Positions 1 to 11,905 are shown, numbered from the stretch's first letter. The stretch: DNA of 64,000 nt from Octopus vulgaris (GCA_951406725.2 OX597830.1:18786001-18850000), one strand, 5' to 3'. Made by a program: numbers and translations. Notes: generated from the letters alone by a model not told the origin.

Positions 1-666
1 CTGCAGGAAGAGGAGACGTTGCCAGTCAAGGGTGAGTCCCATAAGCATGAAAGTGCCATCAGTTGAGCCTGTCTAAGATACATGAAGAGCAGTGGAGCTT
101 TTCTTTATGCATTTATTTAGTGTTCTAGCATTGCTGACAGGTGGTATTATATTGAACAGATGTTAGTGTATATTGGGTATATCCAGCCGTTGGCCAAATT
201 TCTTGACAAGACACCAACCAGGCATCTTTTACAAGCAGGAGCAGATGGTTTTTCTTCTCTTTGGTGGCTATGGTGAAAAAAGATTGCGGTGGCTATGTTT
301 AAAATAGTTGAGGCCTGAACTCTATTTCTTCTACGAAGCACTCAACTTTTCAAGTACCACTTGAAGTAGAAAGGCAGAGAGGGAAGTCGTACTCTCATAC
401 AAATTTGAGAAAAAGTAAGTGCAAGTTATGAACAGTAGTTAAATTTTTACCTGAAGATTTTAGTCAGGTGAGTGGAAGTGCTTGATGGTCTGATTTTGGG
501 GTTCCCTGATTGTCCAAGAGGGAGCTTCCTACTCTTTTGTGAGTGACCTTGTTTGTAATTTTAGGAACAGATATTGTTAATCCATGTTATCATGCTGTTC
601 TATGTACTTACTCGGCCCCTATTTTCTGTCTGGGTGTCATTCACACACACACACAATATATATATA

Positions 667-2258
667 CAGTGGGGGGGGGGGGGGGGAATAAATATTCGTA
701 CATGTCAAAATTCTTTATTTAATTTCTAATGAACATAATTGGGATATACCAATACTATATTTGCATACACATGCATAAACTAAGAATATGCAAAAGAAAT
801 TGAATTATAGTAACTAAGGAATTTATATACAATTATAAATATTTAGGGGTGAAAAAAATATTCGTACAGAATAAATTTATGATTTTCTATGCCACAAAAT
901 ACTGTTAAAATAATTTTTTTTTACTAGGAATTTCTCGTTTGTTCCAATAATCTTATCAGTTGTCATTTTTAAGTGTCCAAACACTAGCTTCTTCATTCAG
1001 CATTGAGACAACATAAAGTAGTATCGTAATAATGGCGAAAAGTAAAGAACTCACAAATTCAGTGAAAAACTTAATTATTGAACAGTGGAAAGCAGGTAAA
1101 AGTTACAGGAAAATATCAGAGACCCTTTGTATTCCATTTTCTACCATATCTTCATTTATTCAAAGATATAAAAAAATTAGGAACAGTTGAAAACAGAATA
1201 AGATCCGGTGCACCATGCAAGATTTCCCCTAGATCTTTAAGAAAAATGAAGCAAAGAATCAGAAAAAAACGCAATGATCACCAGAAAGGAGTTGCAAGAA
1301 GATTTGTTAGCTTCAGGGACTAGTGTTACACTACGAACAATCAGCAATGAACTTCATAAGAATGAACTGAAATCACGCTCTCCTAGAAAATCTCTGCTGT
1401 TGACTAAAAGGCATAGAGATGCCCGTTTAAAATTTGCTTATGAACATAAAGATAAATCTGATACATTCTGGGAAAATGTTCTATGGACAGATGAGTCAAA
1501 AATGGAATTGTTTGGAGCCATGTTCGGAAGAAAGATGGTACCGCCTATTCACCAAAAAACACAATTCCTACTGTAAAGTTTGGAGGTGGCAACATCATGG
1601 TGTGGGGGTGTTTCTCTGCAAATGGTACTGGCAATTTACATGTGATAGATGGTAGAATGAATGCAGAGAGGTACCAAAATATTTTGAACAATGATTTATG
1701 GGACTCTGTAGAAAAACTCCAGCTTTGTGAAGGGTGGGTTTTACAACAGGATAATGATCCTAAGCACACAGCGAAGTCTATCAAAAAATGGACTGTCGAT
1801 CACAATATAAAATTATTAGAATGGCCAAGCCAGTCATCTGACTTGAACCCCATTGAAAATTTGTGGCATTATTTGAAAATTAAAATTCATTCAAGAGCCC
1901 CAACATGCATTGCAGATTTGAAGAAAATTTGTCAAGAAGAATGGGAAAAAATTCCTAAAGAAACATGCAAGTCATTGATTAAGAACTACAAGAAGAGATT
2001 GGTTGAAGTGGAACTGAATAATGGTTATGCTACGAAATATTAAATCAGAACTATTTATGTTCTGTACAAATACTTTTTTCACACCTAAATATTTATAATT
2101 GAATATAAATTCCTTAGTTACTATAATTTATTAGTTTCTTTTTCATATTCTTAGTTTATGCATGTGTATGCAAACATAGTATTGGTATATCCCATTTATG
2201 TTCATTAGAAATTAAATAAAGAATTTTGAAATGTACAAATATTTATTTCCCCCCACTG
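667..2258 (+). mobile_element. Full-length Tc1-family (DD34E) DNA transposon with long IR/DR termini
   Basis: TA|CAGTGGGG at 667 and CCCCACTG|TA at 2258; ~200-bp imperfect TIRs (667-~872, ~2059-2258). Each TIR holds two copies of an AAATATTCGTACA-like direct repeat. Internal transposase present. Confidence 0.95.
1032..2043 (+). pseudogene. Tc1 transposase, frameshifted
   Basis: Starts MAKSKEL (ATG 1032); paired-like HTH, WTDESK, GGGNIMVWGCF, QQDNDPKH...SSDLNPIENLW with 34 residues between D and E. Frameshifts near 1170, 1265 and 1520. Confidence 0.93.
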
Positions 2259-2441
2259 TATATATATGTACATATGTATATGTGTGTGTGTGTGTGTGTA
2301 TATGGTTGTTTTGGGGCTTTTTTTTTCTTTTGGTATGTTTCATTTAATGTCTAGCATGGATTACAAAGAGGTGATTGAAGCAGGATTTTTACAGCTGGAT
2401 GCTCTTTCTGATGCCAGCCCATACCTGTTTTCAAGTAAGGG

Positions 2442-2478
<37 letters not shown>

Positions 2479-2481
<3 letters not shown>

Positions 2482-2560
2482 ATAATAAATAATATTAGGG
2501 TAATAAGAATTATAGAAATTACTATTACCAGTGGCCTAGCACAAAAAAATTAGTCAATAG
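2479..2560 (-). mobile_element. (TA)n-abutting tail fragment carrying the CTAGG bulged stem-loop motif
   Basis: Minus strand CTAGGCCACT-GGTAATAG-TAATT-loop-AATT-CTTATTACC-CTA then (TA)n; same layout as at 4021, 38809 and ~51880. Confidence 0.5.
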
Positions 2561-2639
2561 GCTATATATTATTCACATAAAAATATCGTGTACATTAAAA
2601 CACATTAAGAGGCTTCCAAATGTTGTCCACAAAGACATT

Positions 2640-3455
2640 AGATATAAGTCTTATATGATGAGGAATGGTCACATTTTCAGTAAAAGAAAATCACTACATC
2701 AGATCTAAGAGGTTCTTAAACAAACTGAAAAATCCAGCAGAAGAAGATTTGCTTTGGTTTTCCTCAAGCAAGAAAAATTTCGACCAAGATCAAAAAGTTG
2801 ACAGAAGAAATGACAGATGGTTATGTGCAGACCATTCTGAAGTTCCAAGTGTTATGCGTACAAAATTTCCTGAAATTGTCATGTTTTTAAGGGTTGTCAG
2901 CAATGAAGGACATGTGATGCTTCCTTACTTCTTTCCACAAAGTCTTAGAGTTAACTCTGCCACCTACATTGAGGTCCTGGAAATAATTTTTAAGCCCTGT
3001 GTATGCAATGGAAGGCCATATGTGTTTTAGTAAGACTCTGCACTAACACACATGGCTCTAGTAATACAGGAATGGATGGCTGAAAATGTTCATGATCACA
3101 TAGCCTCTAACATTTGGCCTCCTAATTCCACAGATCTCAATCTATTGGACTATGATATGTGGAGCCTTGTTGAGAGAGAGGTCAATGAACACGTCCATAA
3201 CACCAAAGATTCTTTAAAAGCTATCATAGTGAGAATAATGTCCAAAATGAACCAGGACCATTTGATTTGAGCATGTAGATGATTTAGATCTCATACAGAA
3301 GCAGTTATTGAAGCTGAAGGTGGCTTTATTGAATAACATTATAGAAAAGCAAGTTTATTTTTATCCTCATAGCATTTTTTGATAAATAAAGTTATTATCT
3401 GTTATTATATATGTTTTTTTATAAACATAAACCTCTCCTCAAATATCTTACACAC

Positions 3456-3459
<4 letters not shown>
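2640..3459 (+). mobile_element. maT (DD37D) Tc1/mariner transposon remnant, 3' part
   Basis: DQDQKVDRRNDRW, VVSNEGHVMLPYFFP, DSALTH...WPPNSTDLNLLDY with 37 residues between the last two D; ends in CACCCTG (TIR-like). Internal stops. Confidence 0.85.
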
Positions 3460-3496
<37 letters not shown>

Positions 3497-3545
3497 ATAT
3501 ATATATATATATAAATAAATATATATATATATATATATGCATATA

Positions 3546-3712
3546 GTTCAAATTTACAGAAAACAAAAGATGAAGGCAGGTGAGGGAACAAGCAGGTGTA
3601 TTAGTTTAACACTTAGGAAGAATGGAAAAGTCTTTGACGTTTGAAGCTTACACTCGTTTTGAGAAAGGTTTGAGAGGAAAGAAAACAGAATGAGAATGAA
3701 AAAAAAAAAGAA

Positions 3713-3715
<3 letters not shown>
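3546..3715 (-). repeat. (TA)n-embedded dispersed repeat (related copy at 59527-59617)
   Basis: Bounded by TA tracts; 3555-3620 is similar to the reverse complement of 59535-59600. Confidence 0.55.
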
Positions 3716-3752
<37 letters not shown>

Positions 3753-3756
<4 letters not shown>

Positions 3757-4080
3757 ACAATAAAGGAAGCCATAATAGGCCATTCACCCACTAGAAATAA
3801 CAGCCAAAGCTTAACCGCAAATAAAGTTAATTCAGTAAACCAGGAGAAAATTTAAAAAACATTTACAGGGTAAATGTTTTTTAAATTTTCTCCTGTTTAC
3901 TGAATTAACTTTATTTGCGGTTGAAGCTTGTTATTCTAGTGGGTGAATGGCTATTATGGCCGTTCCTTATTGTTGATGTTGAACTTAAAAATGGTCTATG
4001 ACTATTTTAATTTTTTCCTACTAGGCCGCTGGTGGCAAAAGAATTCTACAAAATTTTTTTGCCACCCTATATTGATTAAT
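3753..4080 (+). mobile_element. Foldback element in (TA)n: ~110-bp inverted arms plus ~100-nt tail (PLE-like)
   Basis: 3753-3866 is the near-perfect reverse complement of 3870-3977. Unpaired tail 3978-4080 with hairpin GGTGGCAAAA/TTTTGCCACC (4031-4066). TA tracts on both sides. Confidence 0.65.
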
Positions 4081-4569
4081 TATATATATATATATATAAT
4101 AGTACTTTTATAAACAAGTGTTTCTCTGTAGATTGAAAAATAGATGAACAAGCTTCATTGATTTTCAAATCTTATTGAATTCTCATCAGATGTGTTTACA
4201 TCAATTTGACCAGTCGCAGAGAAATGAGCAGCCAATCCGTTTATATACTTGATAATTACAATAGCTACAGAAAAATGTTAACATTTTATTTTAAATATCA
4301 GGGGCCTTTCAACAGGGATCTTAGTCACACAGTATCGAGATATGATATAATATACGCAACCTATTTAGGACTTTTATAAACGGCTAATTTAGCTGTTGTA
4401 ATGTTAGCTTTTGTATCAATATAATCAACAATATCTCTACCTCAAATTTGAGGCTATGTATCTGTATTTGAAATCAATTTGTAGATATGGGTATGAGGTT
4501 TGTATCACATGTGGTTCTAGGTTCAATCCCACTGTACACTAATATTTCTCGTCTTATTTTAACATGTGA

Positions 4570-4765
4570 GGTAACGAGCTAGCAGAATCATTAGCACACT
4601 GGGTAAAATGCTTAGTGGCATTTAGTCCATCTTTTCAAATTCTGCTGAGGTCGACTTTGCCTTTCATCCCTTTGGGTCAATAAAATAAGTACCAGTTGAG
4701 CACAGGGAGTCAATATAATTGCTCCGAAATTGCTGGCCTTGTGCCTAAATCTGAAATCATTATTA
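4570..4765 (+). mobile_element. SINE-B, degenerate, with alternative 3' tail
   Basis: GAGCTAGCAGAATCATTAGCAC head, GCCTTTCATCC...AAGTACCAG central domain, tail GCCTTGTGCCTAAATCTGAAATC(ATT)n. Confidence 0.75.
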
Positions 4766-4994
4766 CTTTAACATGGTTTCACATCTATGCTTCACTGTTG
4801 AAGTCTAAGAAGAGTCTAATAAAGCCAAAATATGTCTTGGATTGTCAAAATTATTACAATAATAAATCAATGTTCTAATATTGTCTTTTCCCTTACTCCG
4901 TAAATAATTCTTAATAAATATTTGAAGATCACTACATTAAATATTGGTTTTGTTGCAGATGGCATCTCTGAGTAATTAACTTCAGGAATATATA

Positions 4995-5378
4995 TTCTTT
5001 CAGTCATTTGACTGTGGCCATACTAGAGCACTGCCTTTAGTTGAATAAATCGACCCCAGGACTTATTCTTTGTAAGCCTAGTACTTATTCTATCAGTGTT
5101 TTTTGTGAAACCACTAAGTTATGGGGATATAAACACACCAACATCGGTTGTCAAGCGATGGTGGAGGGACAAACACAAATATATACACACATATATATAT
5201 ATACAAATATATATATACGACGGGCTTCTTTCAGTTTCCTTCTACCAAATCCACTCACAAGACTTTGGTCGACTCGAGGCTAAAGTAGAAGACAATTGCT
5301 AAAAGCACCACCTAGTGGGACCGAACCTGGAACCATGTGGTTGGGAAGCAAGCTTCTTACCACACAACCACTCCTGCG
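4995..5378 (-). mobile_element. tRNA-derived SINE-A
   Basis: Matches the family consensus seen in many copies: head GGAGTGGCTGTGTGGTAAG...GGTTC, internal (TA/TG)n, tail CAGTCAAATGACTGAAA. Confidence 0.85.
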
Positions 5379-5412
5379 TATGTGTGTGTATAATGTATAT
5401 AGATGAAGTTAA

Positions 5413-6090
5413 AGGACATGGACCACACCCCAATTTCTGTTACTTTCTTTTTGTTTTTTTCTACAGAAACACACCTTTTCGACTGGAGATTTCGAATCTA
5501 CAAAAAAAAAAAAAAAAAAAAAAAAAGCAGCATTTCAAAATTTGAACCTACCCCCTAATTTTTCACTTTTTTTTTTAGAAACTCTTTTTGGCGAAATGCG
5601 TAGAAAAATACAGAGATTATGATTCTGAATAAAATTTTGTAAAATTTCAATTTTTCAAGAAAAAAAAAAATAATAATAATAAACACTCCCTCCGCTCCTA
5701 CTAAAATAGCAGACGTAAAAAGTATCTAAACAGAAAACTCGACATGCTAAAAACAACATCTAAACCACGAATCACGTTTTCAAAATCTTAATTTCGACCA
5801 CCCCTTTTTTCTTTGCCTGAGGGGGTAAAAATCAAAATTTTGAAAACGTGTTTTGGGGGTTTTGAATATCTTCAATTTTTAAGTACGCTCCAACCTGAAA
5901 GTCCGACAAGCTAGAAACAACAGCCAAATCGAAGATCCACTTTCTATATACGAATTACCAAAAAAGTAAGAAGAAAAATTTTGAAATGCCGATTTTTGTT
6001 TTTTTGCAGCTTCGGAATATCCGCAGTCGAAAAAGTGGGTTTCTGAAGGGGGAGGAAAAAAACCCCGAAAGGGTGTATGGTCCATGTCCT
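5413..6090. mobile_element. Non-autonomous Kolobok-like DNA transposon
   Basis: TTAA|AGGACATGGACCACACCC ... GGGTGTATGGTCCATGTCCT|TTAC; ~19-bp TIRs starting AGG with a TTAA-type target. Confidence 0.7.
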
Positions 6091-6114
6091 TTACCTCCAC
6101 CATGTGTGTGTATG

Positions 6115-6177
<63 letters not shown>

Positions 6178-6625
6178 TGTGTGTGTATTATTTTTTTTAA
6201 ACACTGGTCTTCGGTAAAGATTTACTTTATTCTCCAAAAGCTGGTATGATAAATGTGTGTGTGTGTTTTGTCGATGTGCACGGCGAAGGATGTAAACACC
6301 GGCCGGCGAGAAAACCGAAATTCGGTGATTTTCGAACGAAGCACTTTGTGATATTTGCTCTGCAACGAGCTATAATCAATTTCCCTTTCAGAAATGCAGT
6401 GAACCAGTAGCTGATTCTCTGTTTACTTGTCATGGTTTTTAAAAAATATATAAAAGCGAACAGATATTTTCACTCATTCCATTCTATGTCAAAGAAAAAA
6501 AAATTCGTCGATGATAGTGACCTCCCTTCGACCTTCTGTAGGCGTATGTGTGTGTTAGAGAGAGAGAGAAAGAGAGAGAGAAAATGTGAGAGAGGGAGAG
6601 AAAGTGAGAGAGAGAGAGAGAAAGT

Positions 6626-6676
<51 letters not shown>

Positions 6677-7828
6677 CGAGAGAGATAGAGAGAGAGATAA
6701 CGCTGTCCAAGTTAAGCGAGTGAATAGTTAATTGTATTAAGTACTGTCACAGCCTAGTATTTTGTAAACAATACCATTGTTCCATGGCTGTCCCGCGTTT
6801 GCAAATATTTCTCGCTCACTATATATCTTCTCTTCCATCTATCTTCCCCCCGTCTAAATAATATAGTCTATCCTTTTATTTCTTTTCGCTGATTTGAGTC
6901 ATACTGGGCGCTTCTTGGAGGGTTTTTTCAATCAAATATACCGACCTCAGTACTTTGTCTCGTCTTCATTTAATCGTCCTCTATTTATGGAATGGCTAAG
7001 TTCATCTGAGCCCATTCGAGTAGTTGCCTAACTCATACAGACGGGAATAACACTAATTTATATATGTTCATGTGGAAGAGAAAGCCTAAGAGATGTGTGT
7101 GTGCGCGCATCTTGAGTTTGTTAGTGTGCATATACGCGCGGCTTTGCACATGTAGGATAGGAGTGGAGTGTAACAAAGGTTTCTCGCAGCTGGTGTATAT
7201 ATAGAGATAACTGTAATCTACAGATAATCTTATGTAAAACTATCAGACCGACAGCACGATTCGTCAGTTAAATCTTACGATATTTGCTGCCCGGCATAAT
7301 GCAGTTTGTTGGTCACTGGTCAGCAGATTCAAGGAGGACTGCTCGTCTGTCGATCCTAATTTCCACTAATCTTTTATAGATCGTAGCGGAGACCTACCTA
7401 TTTACCTGCTTTGCTTTCGTTAGCAAAATGAAACGAAGAACCTGGCATTTCTAATGCTAGACACTCAACCTCTGCCCAGGCGTGTTCTAGAACTTACGTG
7501 TCATCTTATCAATTCGCCTTTAATCATCGGTCTGCACAATCTGTTAACCTGTGCTCCAACAACAACGATATACTGAGTGAAGTGGAAGCCTATTTGTGTT
7601 CGCTCAAACCGCTCGAAATAGCTGCTAAATCGCCCTCAAATCACACTCTAGGTTACATTGGCTGCTGCGGTTTTGGATACACTATACTTTAAAAAGAAGG
7701 AACAACGGTCACAGCTGAAATATCTTTGATGATAGGTCTATTTGATTAGGGTCTGAATTAGGGCTAAACAGCAACTGCTCGCTATATATGCTATACATGT
7801 TCACTGTCTCCGAATCCCTACAAATATA

Positions 7829-8061
7829 TTTTTCTTTACTACGCACAAGGGGCTAAACACAGAGGGGACAAACAAGGACAGACAAAGGGATTACGTCGAT
7901 TACATCGACCTCAGTGCGTAACTGGTACTTAATTTATCGACCCCGAAAGGATGAAAGGCAAAGTCGCCCTCAGCGGAATTTGAACTCGGAACGTAACGAC
8001 AGACGAAATACGGCTACGCATTTCGCCCGGCGTGCTAACGATTCTGCCAGCTCGCCGCCTT
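7829..8061 (-). mobile_element. tRNA-derived SINE-B with 17-bp TSD
   Basis: A-box TGGCAGAATCG, B-box GAGTTCAAATTC, central CCTTTCATCCTTTCGGGGTCGATAAATTAAGTACCAG (Meta-domain-like); TSD GAATCCCTACAAATATA at 7812-7828 and 8062-8078. Confidence 0.9.
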
Positions 8062-8177
8062 GAATCCCTACAAATATAATCAATTCAATGTATACTTTTA
8101 ACTTCCTCCTCGAAAATGAGAAGGTAGGCATTAACAATACAGCAGCAGCGAACCAACGTGAATGGAGCAAGGAGCTA

Positions 8178-8336
8178 CCGTATTTTAACATGTATAAGGA
8201 ACCCTTTTTTGTCAAAAATTAGGTTAAAAAATATGGGAGTTTCTTATACATTGATAGTATTATAATCCCTTTTAAAACCTTTTTCCAAATTTTAAGCTCC
8301 CCAAATTAGGGGTTCCTAATACACGTTAAAATACGG
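8178..8336. mobile_element. pogo/Tc2-type MITE
   Basis: TA|CCGTATTTTAACATGTATAAGGAACCC ... GGGTTCCTAATACACGTTAAAATACGG|TA. Confidence 0.8.
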
Positions 8337-8899
8337 TATGTAGCTGCCTGGTTTGCTAGAACTAGCAGCCAAATGTTTCCTCGAAAAACACACACACCAT
8401 ACTGTTTTAAAAAGGGAAGGATATAATGAATATTGCAGACCCTGAATATATGATCATAAGATTTCGAGGCCGGTGCTGAGTGATAATAGTGAAGCAATGG
8501 GTGGTTACAATTGCGCCACTTCTGATCAGGTTAACGTGCAGTTAAGGAATACAAAATAAAATGAAAGTAAATTGTTTGGAAGCGAAGGCATTGACTCCCT
8601 TAATTTTATTAACTGAACTCCATTATGCCGTACCGACGGGTACCTAGTTGTGTAGTACCTTCTAGTAATATATTAAATATTTCAGAAATACTAGCTCAAA
8701 TATACCGTTCCAACGTACCACACCAAGCAATTGAACACCACTGAGCAGGCAAATTTGGTGGCTTGCGTGCGATACAAAATCCTTCACGACTACTGCGTTG
8801 TACCAAAAGAACCGACTAGAAGCTCTGGTATTGTTCTCGTCACTTCACTGTAAATTGTAAAACGAAATTAAACGGATTTCATTTTCGTTACTTCGGTCT

Positions 8900-9278
8900 C
8901 TCTCTTTACTCTTTTACTTGTTTCAGTCATTTGACTGCGGCCATGCTGGAGCACCGCCTTTAGTCGAGCAAATCGACCCCGGGACTTATTCTTTGTAAGC
9001 CCAGTACTTATTCTATCGGTCTCTTTTGCCGAACCGCTAGGTGACGGGGACGTAAACACACCAGCATCGGGGGACAAACATATACACACACACACCTATA
9101 TATATATACATATATACGACAGACTTCTTTCAGTTTCCGTCTACCAAATCCACTCACAAGGCATTGGTCGGCCCGGGGCTATAGCACAAGACACTTGCCC
9201 AAGATGCCACGCAGTGGGACTGAACCCGGAACTATGTGGTTGGTTAGCAAGCTACTTACCACACAGCCACTGCTGCCT
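8900..9278 (-). mobile_element. SINE-A, full length
   Basis: Family consensus from head to (AGTAAAAG)n tail. Confidence 0.9.
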
Positions 9279-9534
9279 CTATTTTTAATTTTATTATGTT
9301 TTTATTTTGGTTTTTTTAAACCGCGAACGGCATTTGAAACTACAGGATCGGTACTGGTCACGGTTCAACAGTAACAATGGCAATAAAAGTTATGAAGCAG
9401 TACCTGTATAAACAATAGTTTCGAATATTGTTTAGACTCGTGTGAACTCTTATCGGACACTCCTATGACCAAAAAATTTCACAACGTAATAATACGTCTT
9501 TTTGTTTTCTTTTCAATGCTTGCATCATTGTGAC

Positions 9535-9785
9535 ACCCACCCATCCACCCGACTTTGTTTCCTCGTAACTTCCAGAAAAATTGACATTTTCAATGAAATT
9601 TTCTACAAATACGCTTCAGATAATGTAAATAGCAATTATATCGGAATTTGTGGTGCAGAGTTTCTGTTTTTCCGAGGGTGAGGGGAGAAGTTTTGGAAAA
9701 TTCACACGAGTCATCCTTGTTTTCTCATATCTTTCAGAAAAATGGGTATTCCTTATGTAATTTTCTACAAATTTCTTTCAAATTA
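9535..9785. repeat. Dispersed repeat with an internal tandem unit (related copy ~19800-19935)
   Basis: CCGACTTTGTTTCCTCGT...GAAATTTTC...CTTCAG...ATCGGAATTT is shared with 19808-19930; probably derived from a DNA transposon. Confidence 0.5.
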
Positions 9786-10168
9786 CTCTTTTACTTGTTT
9801 CAGTCATTTGACTGCAGCCATGCTGGAGCACCGCCTTTAGTCGAGCAAATCGACCCCAGGACTTATTCTTTGTAAGCCTAGTACTTATTGTATCAGTCTC
9901 TTTTGCCGAACCTTTATGTTACGGGGGACATAAACACACCAGCATCGGTTGTCAAGCGATGTTGGGCGGACAAACACAAACACACACACATATACATTAT
10001 ATATATATATATATACGACGGGTTTCTTTCAGTTTCCGTCTACCAAATCCACTCACAAGGCTTTGGTCGGCTCGAGGCTATAGTAGAAGACACTTGCCCA
10101 AGGTGCCACGCAGTGGGAACGAACCCGGAACCATGTGGTAGGTAAGCAAGCTACTTACCACACAGCCA
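9786..10168 (-). mobile_element. SINE-A, full length
   Basis: Family consensus. Confidence 0.9.
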
Positions 10169-10610
10169 TTACGATTATTTAATAGGAAAAAGAAATTGGT
10201 AGACTCGTACACATACAAATTTCGTTTTCATTATTAAATAATTGTAACATCGCAATTTTTCTCCGAAAGTTCTAGTTTCACTTTATAGATGTATATATTG
10301 CGTATCAGCATTTATGTGTACGAGCGCGCCCAAATTTTTGGTTTTTCTTTCTTTTTCATATTAAATTCTGATATATTCCTAATCTGCACACACTGAAAAG
10401 GTACTTATCTTTTATCCTTTATTTGTTTCAGTCATTAGACTGCGGCCTTGCTGGGGCACCGCCTTGGAGAATTTTTATCGAACGAATCGACACCAGTACT
10501 CATTTTTTTTTATAGCCTGGTATTTACTCTTTCAATCTCCTTTGCCGAATCGCTAAGTTACGGGAACGTAAACACACCAACACCGCTTATCAAGCGAGGG
10601 CACACATGAC

Positions 10611-10642
<32 letters not shown>

Positions 10643-10685
10643 GACCAAGAATCACCCGACAGTAAATCAAAAAATTTCTATAGAT

Positions 10686-11172
10686 ACTCTTTTACTCGTT
10701 TCAGTCATTTGACTGTGGCCATGCTGGAGCATCACCTTTTAGTCAAGCAAATCAACCCCAGGACTTATTCTTTGTAAGCCTAGTACTTATTCTATCGGGC
10801 TCTTTTGCCGAACCGCCAAGTTACGGGGATGTAAACACACCTGCATCGGTTGTCAAGTGATGCCGGGGGGGGGGACCCGCACAAACATACATATATATAT
10901 ATATATATATCTATATGTGTGTGTGTATGTATGTTTGTGCGGGTCCCCCCCCCCCGGCATCACTTGACAACCGATGCAGGTGTGTTTACATCCCCGTAAC
11001 TTGGCGGTTCGGCAAAAGAGCCCGATAGAATAAGTACACGAATATATACACGACGGGCTTCTTTCAATTTCTGTCTACCAAATCCACTCATAAGGCTTTG
11101 GTCGGCCCGTGGCTATAGTAGAAGACACTCGCCCCAGGTGTCACGCCGTGGAACTGAATCCGGAACCATGTG
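10686..11172 (-). mobile_element. SINE-A with an internal inverted duplication
   Basis: Family consensus; 10783-~10891 is repeated in inverted orientation at ~10925-11037. Confidence 0.85.
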
Positions 11173-11640
11173 GGCAGTACTTTTAGGTCAACTGTAAAAG
11201 CCAGCATAGGCTATAATTGCCGGAAGAGGGGCAAGCTCAAGGGCTGCCCCGGACGGACCACAGTGTAGCTACACCACTGCTTAAGACAGTGGGAAATTTT
11301 GGCTGCTATTTCTAACAGTTCGACTGGATGCATAGAAGCTTCCTGGTTGATTCGCGCTGTCAACAATATAGGCCTTCCCAATAGACGCATTGCAATGAAC
11401 TTGGAAATAAATATTTACGACAGTTCATGGCGTCGAGAGTACTATTTTTTTCTTTTTTCGCCCCTGAAATAAACTCAGAAGAATTTCGGTATGACCTAGA
11501 GGACTAAGTTACATTTTTTTCACAGTCCATTTTCAATCCCAACATTTATCATTTTTGGACTATTAATGTGAAAGTAAAAGAAAAAAGGAAAAAATACAGA
11601 CGAAGTTATCAAAAGGATTTACAGGTTACTAACAAAACAT

Positions 11641-11847
11641 CTTTACTCTTTTACTTGTTTCAGTTATTTGACTGCGGCCATGCTGGAGCACCGCCTTTCG
11701 TCGAGCAAATCGACCGCAGGACTTATTCTTTCTAAGCCTAGTACTTATTCTATCGGTGTCTTTTGCCGAACCGCTAGGTTACGGGGGACGTAAACACACC
11801 AGCATCGATTGTCAAGCGATGTTGGGGGAACAAACACAGACACACAA

Positions 11848-11905
<58 letters not shown>
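11641..11905 (-). mobile_element. SINE-A 3' half abutting the Tx1 3' junction
   Basis: Family consensus tail and body up to the internal (TA)n. Confidence 0.85.

Noticed and set aside
1-40. Micro-exon (CTGCAG...G|GTGAGT) and a second GTGAGT donor near 468
   Set aside because: At the window edge with no polypyrimidine context or recognisable peptide; chance motifs cannot be excluded
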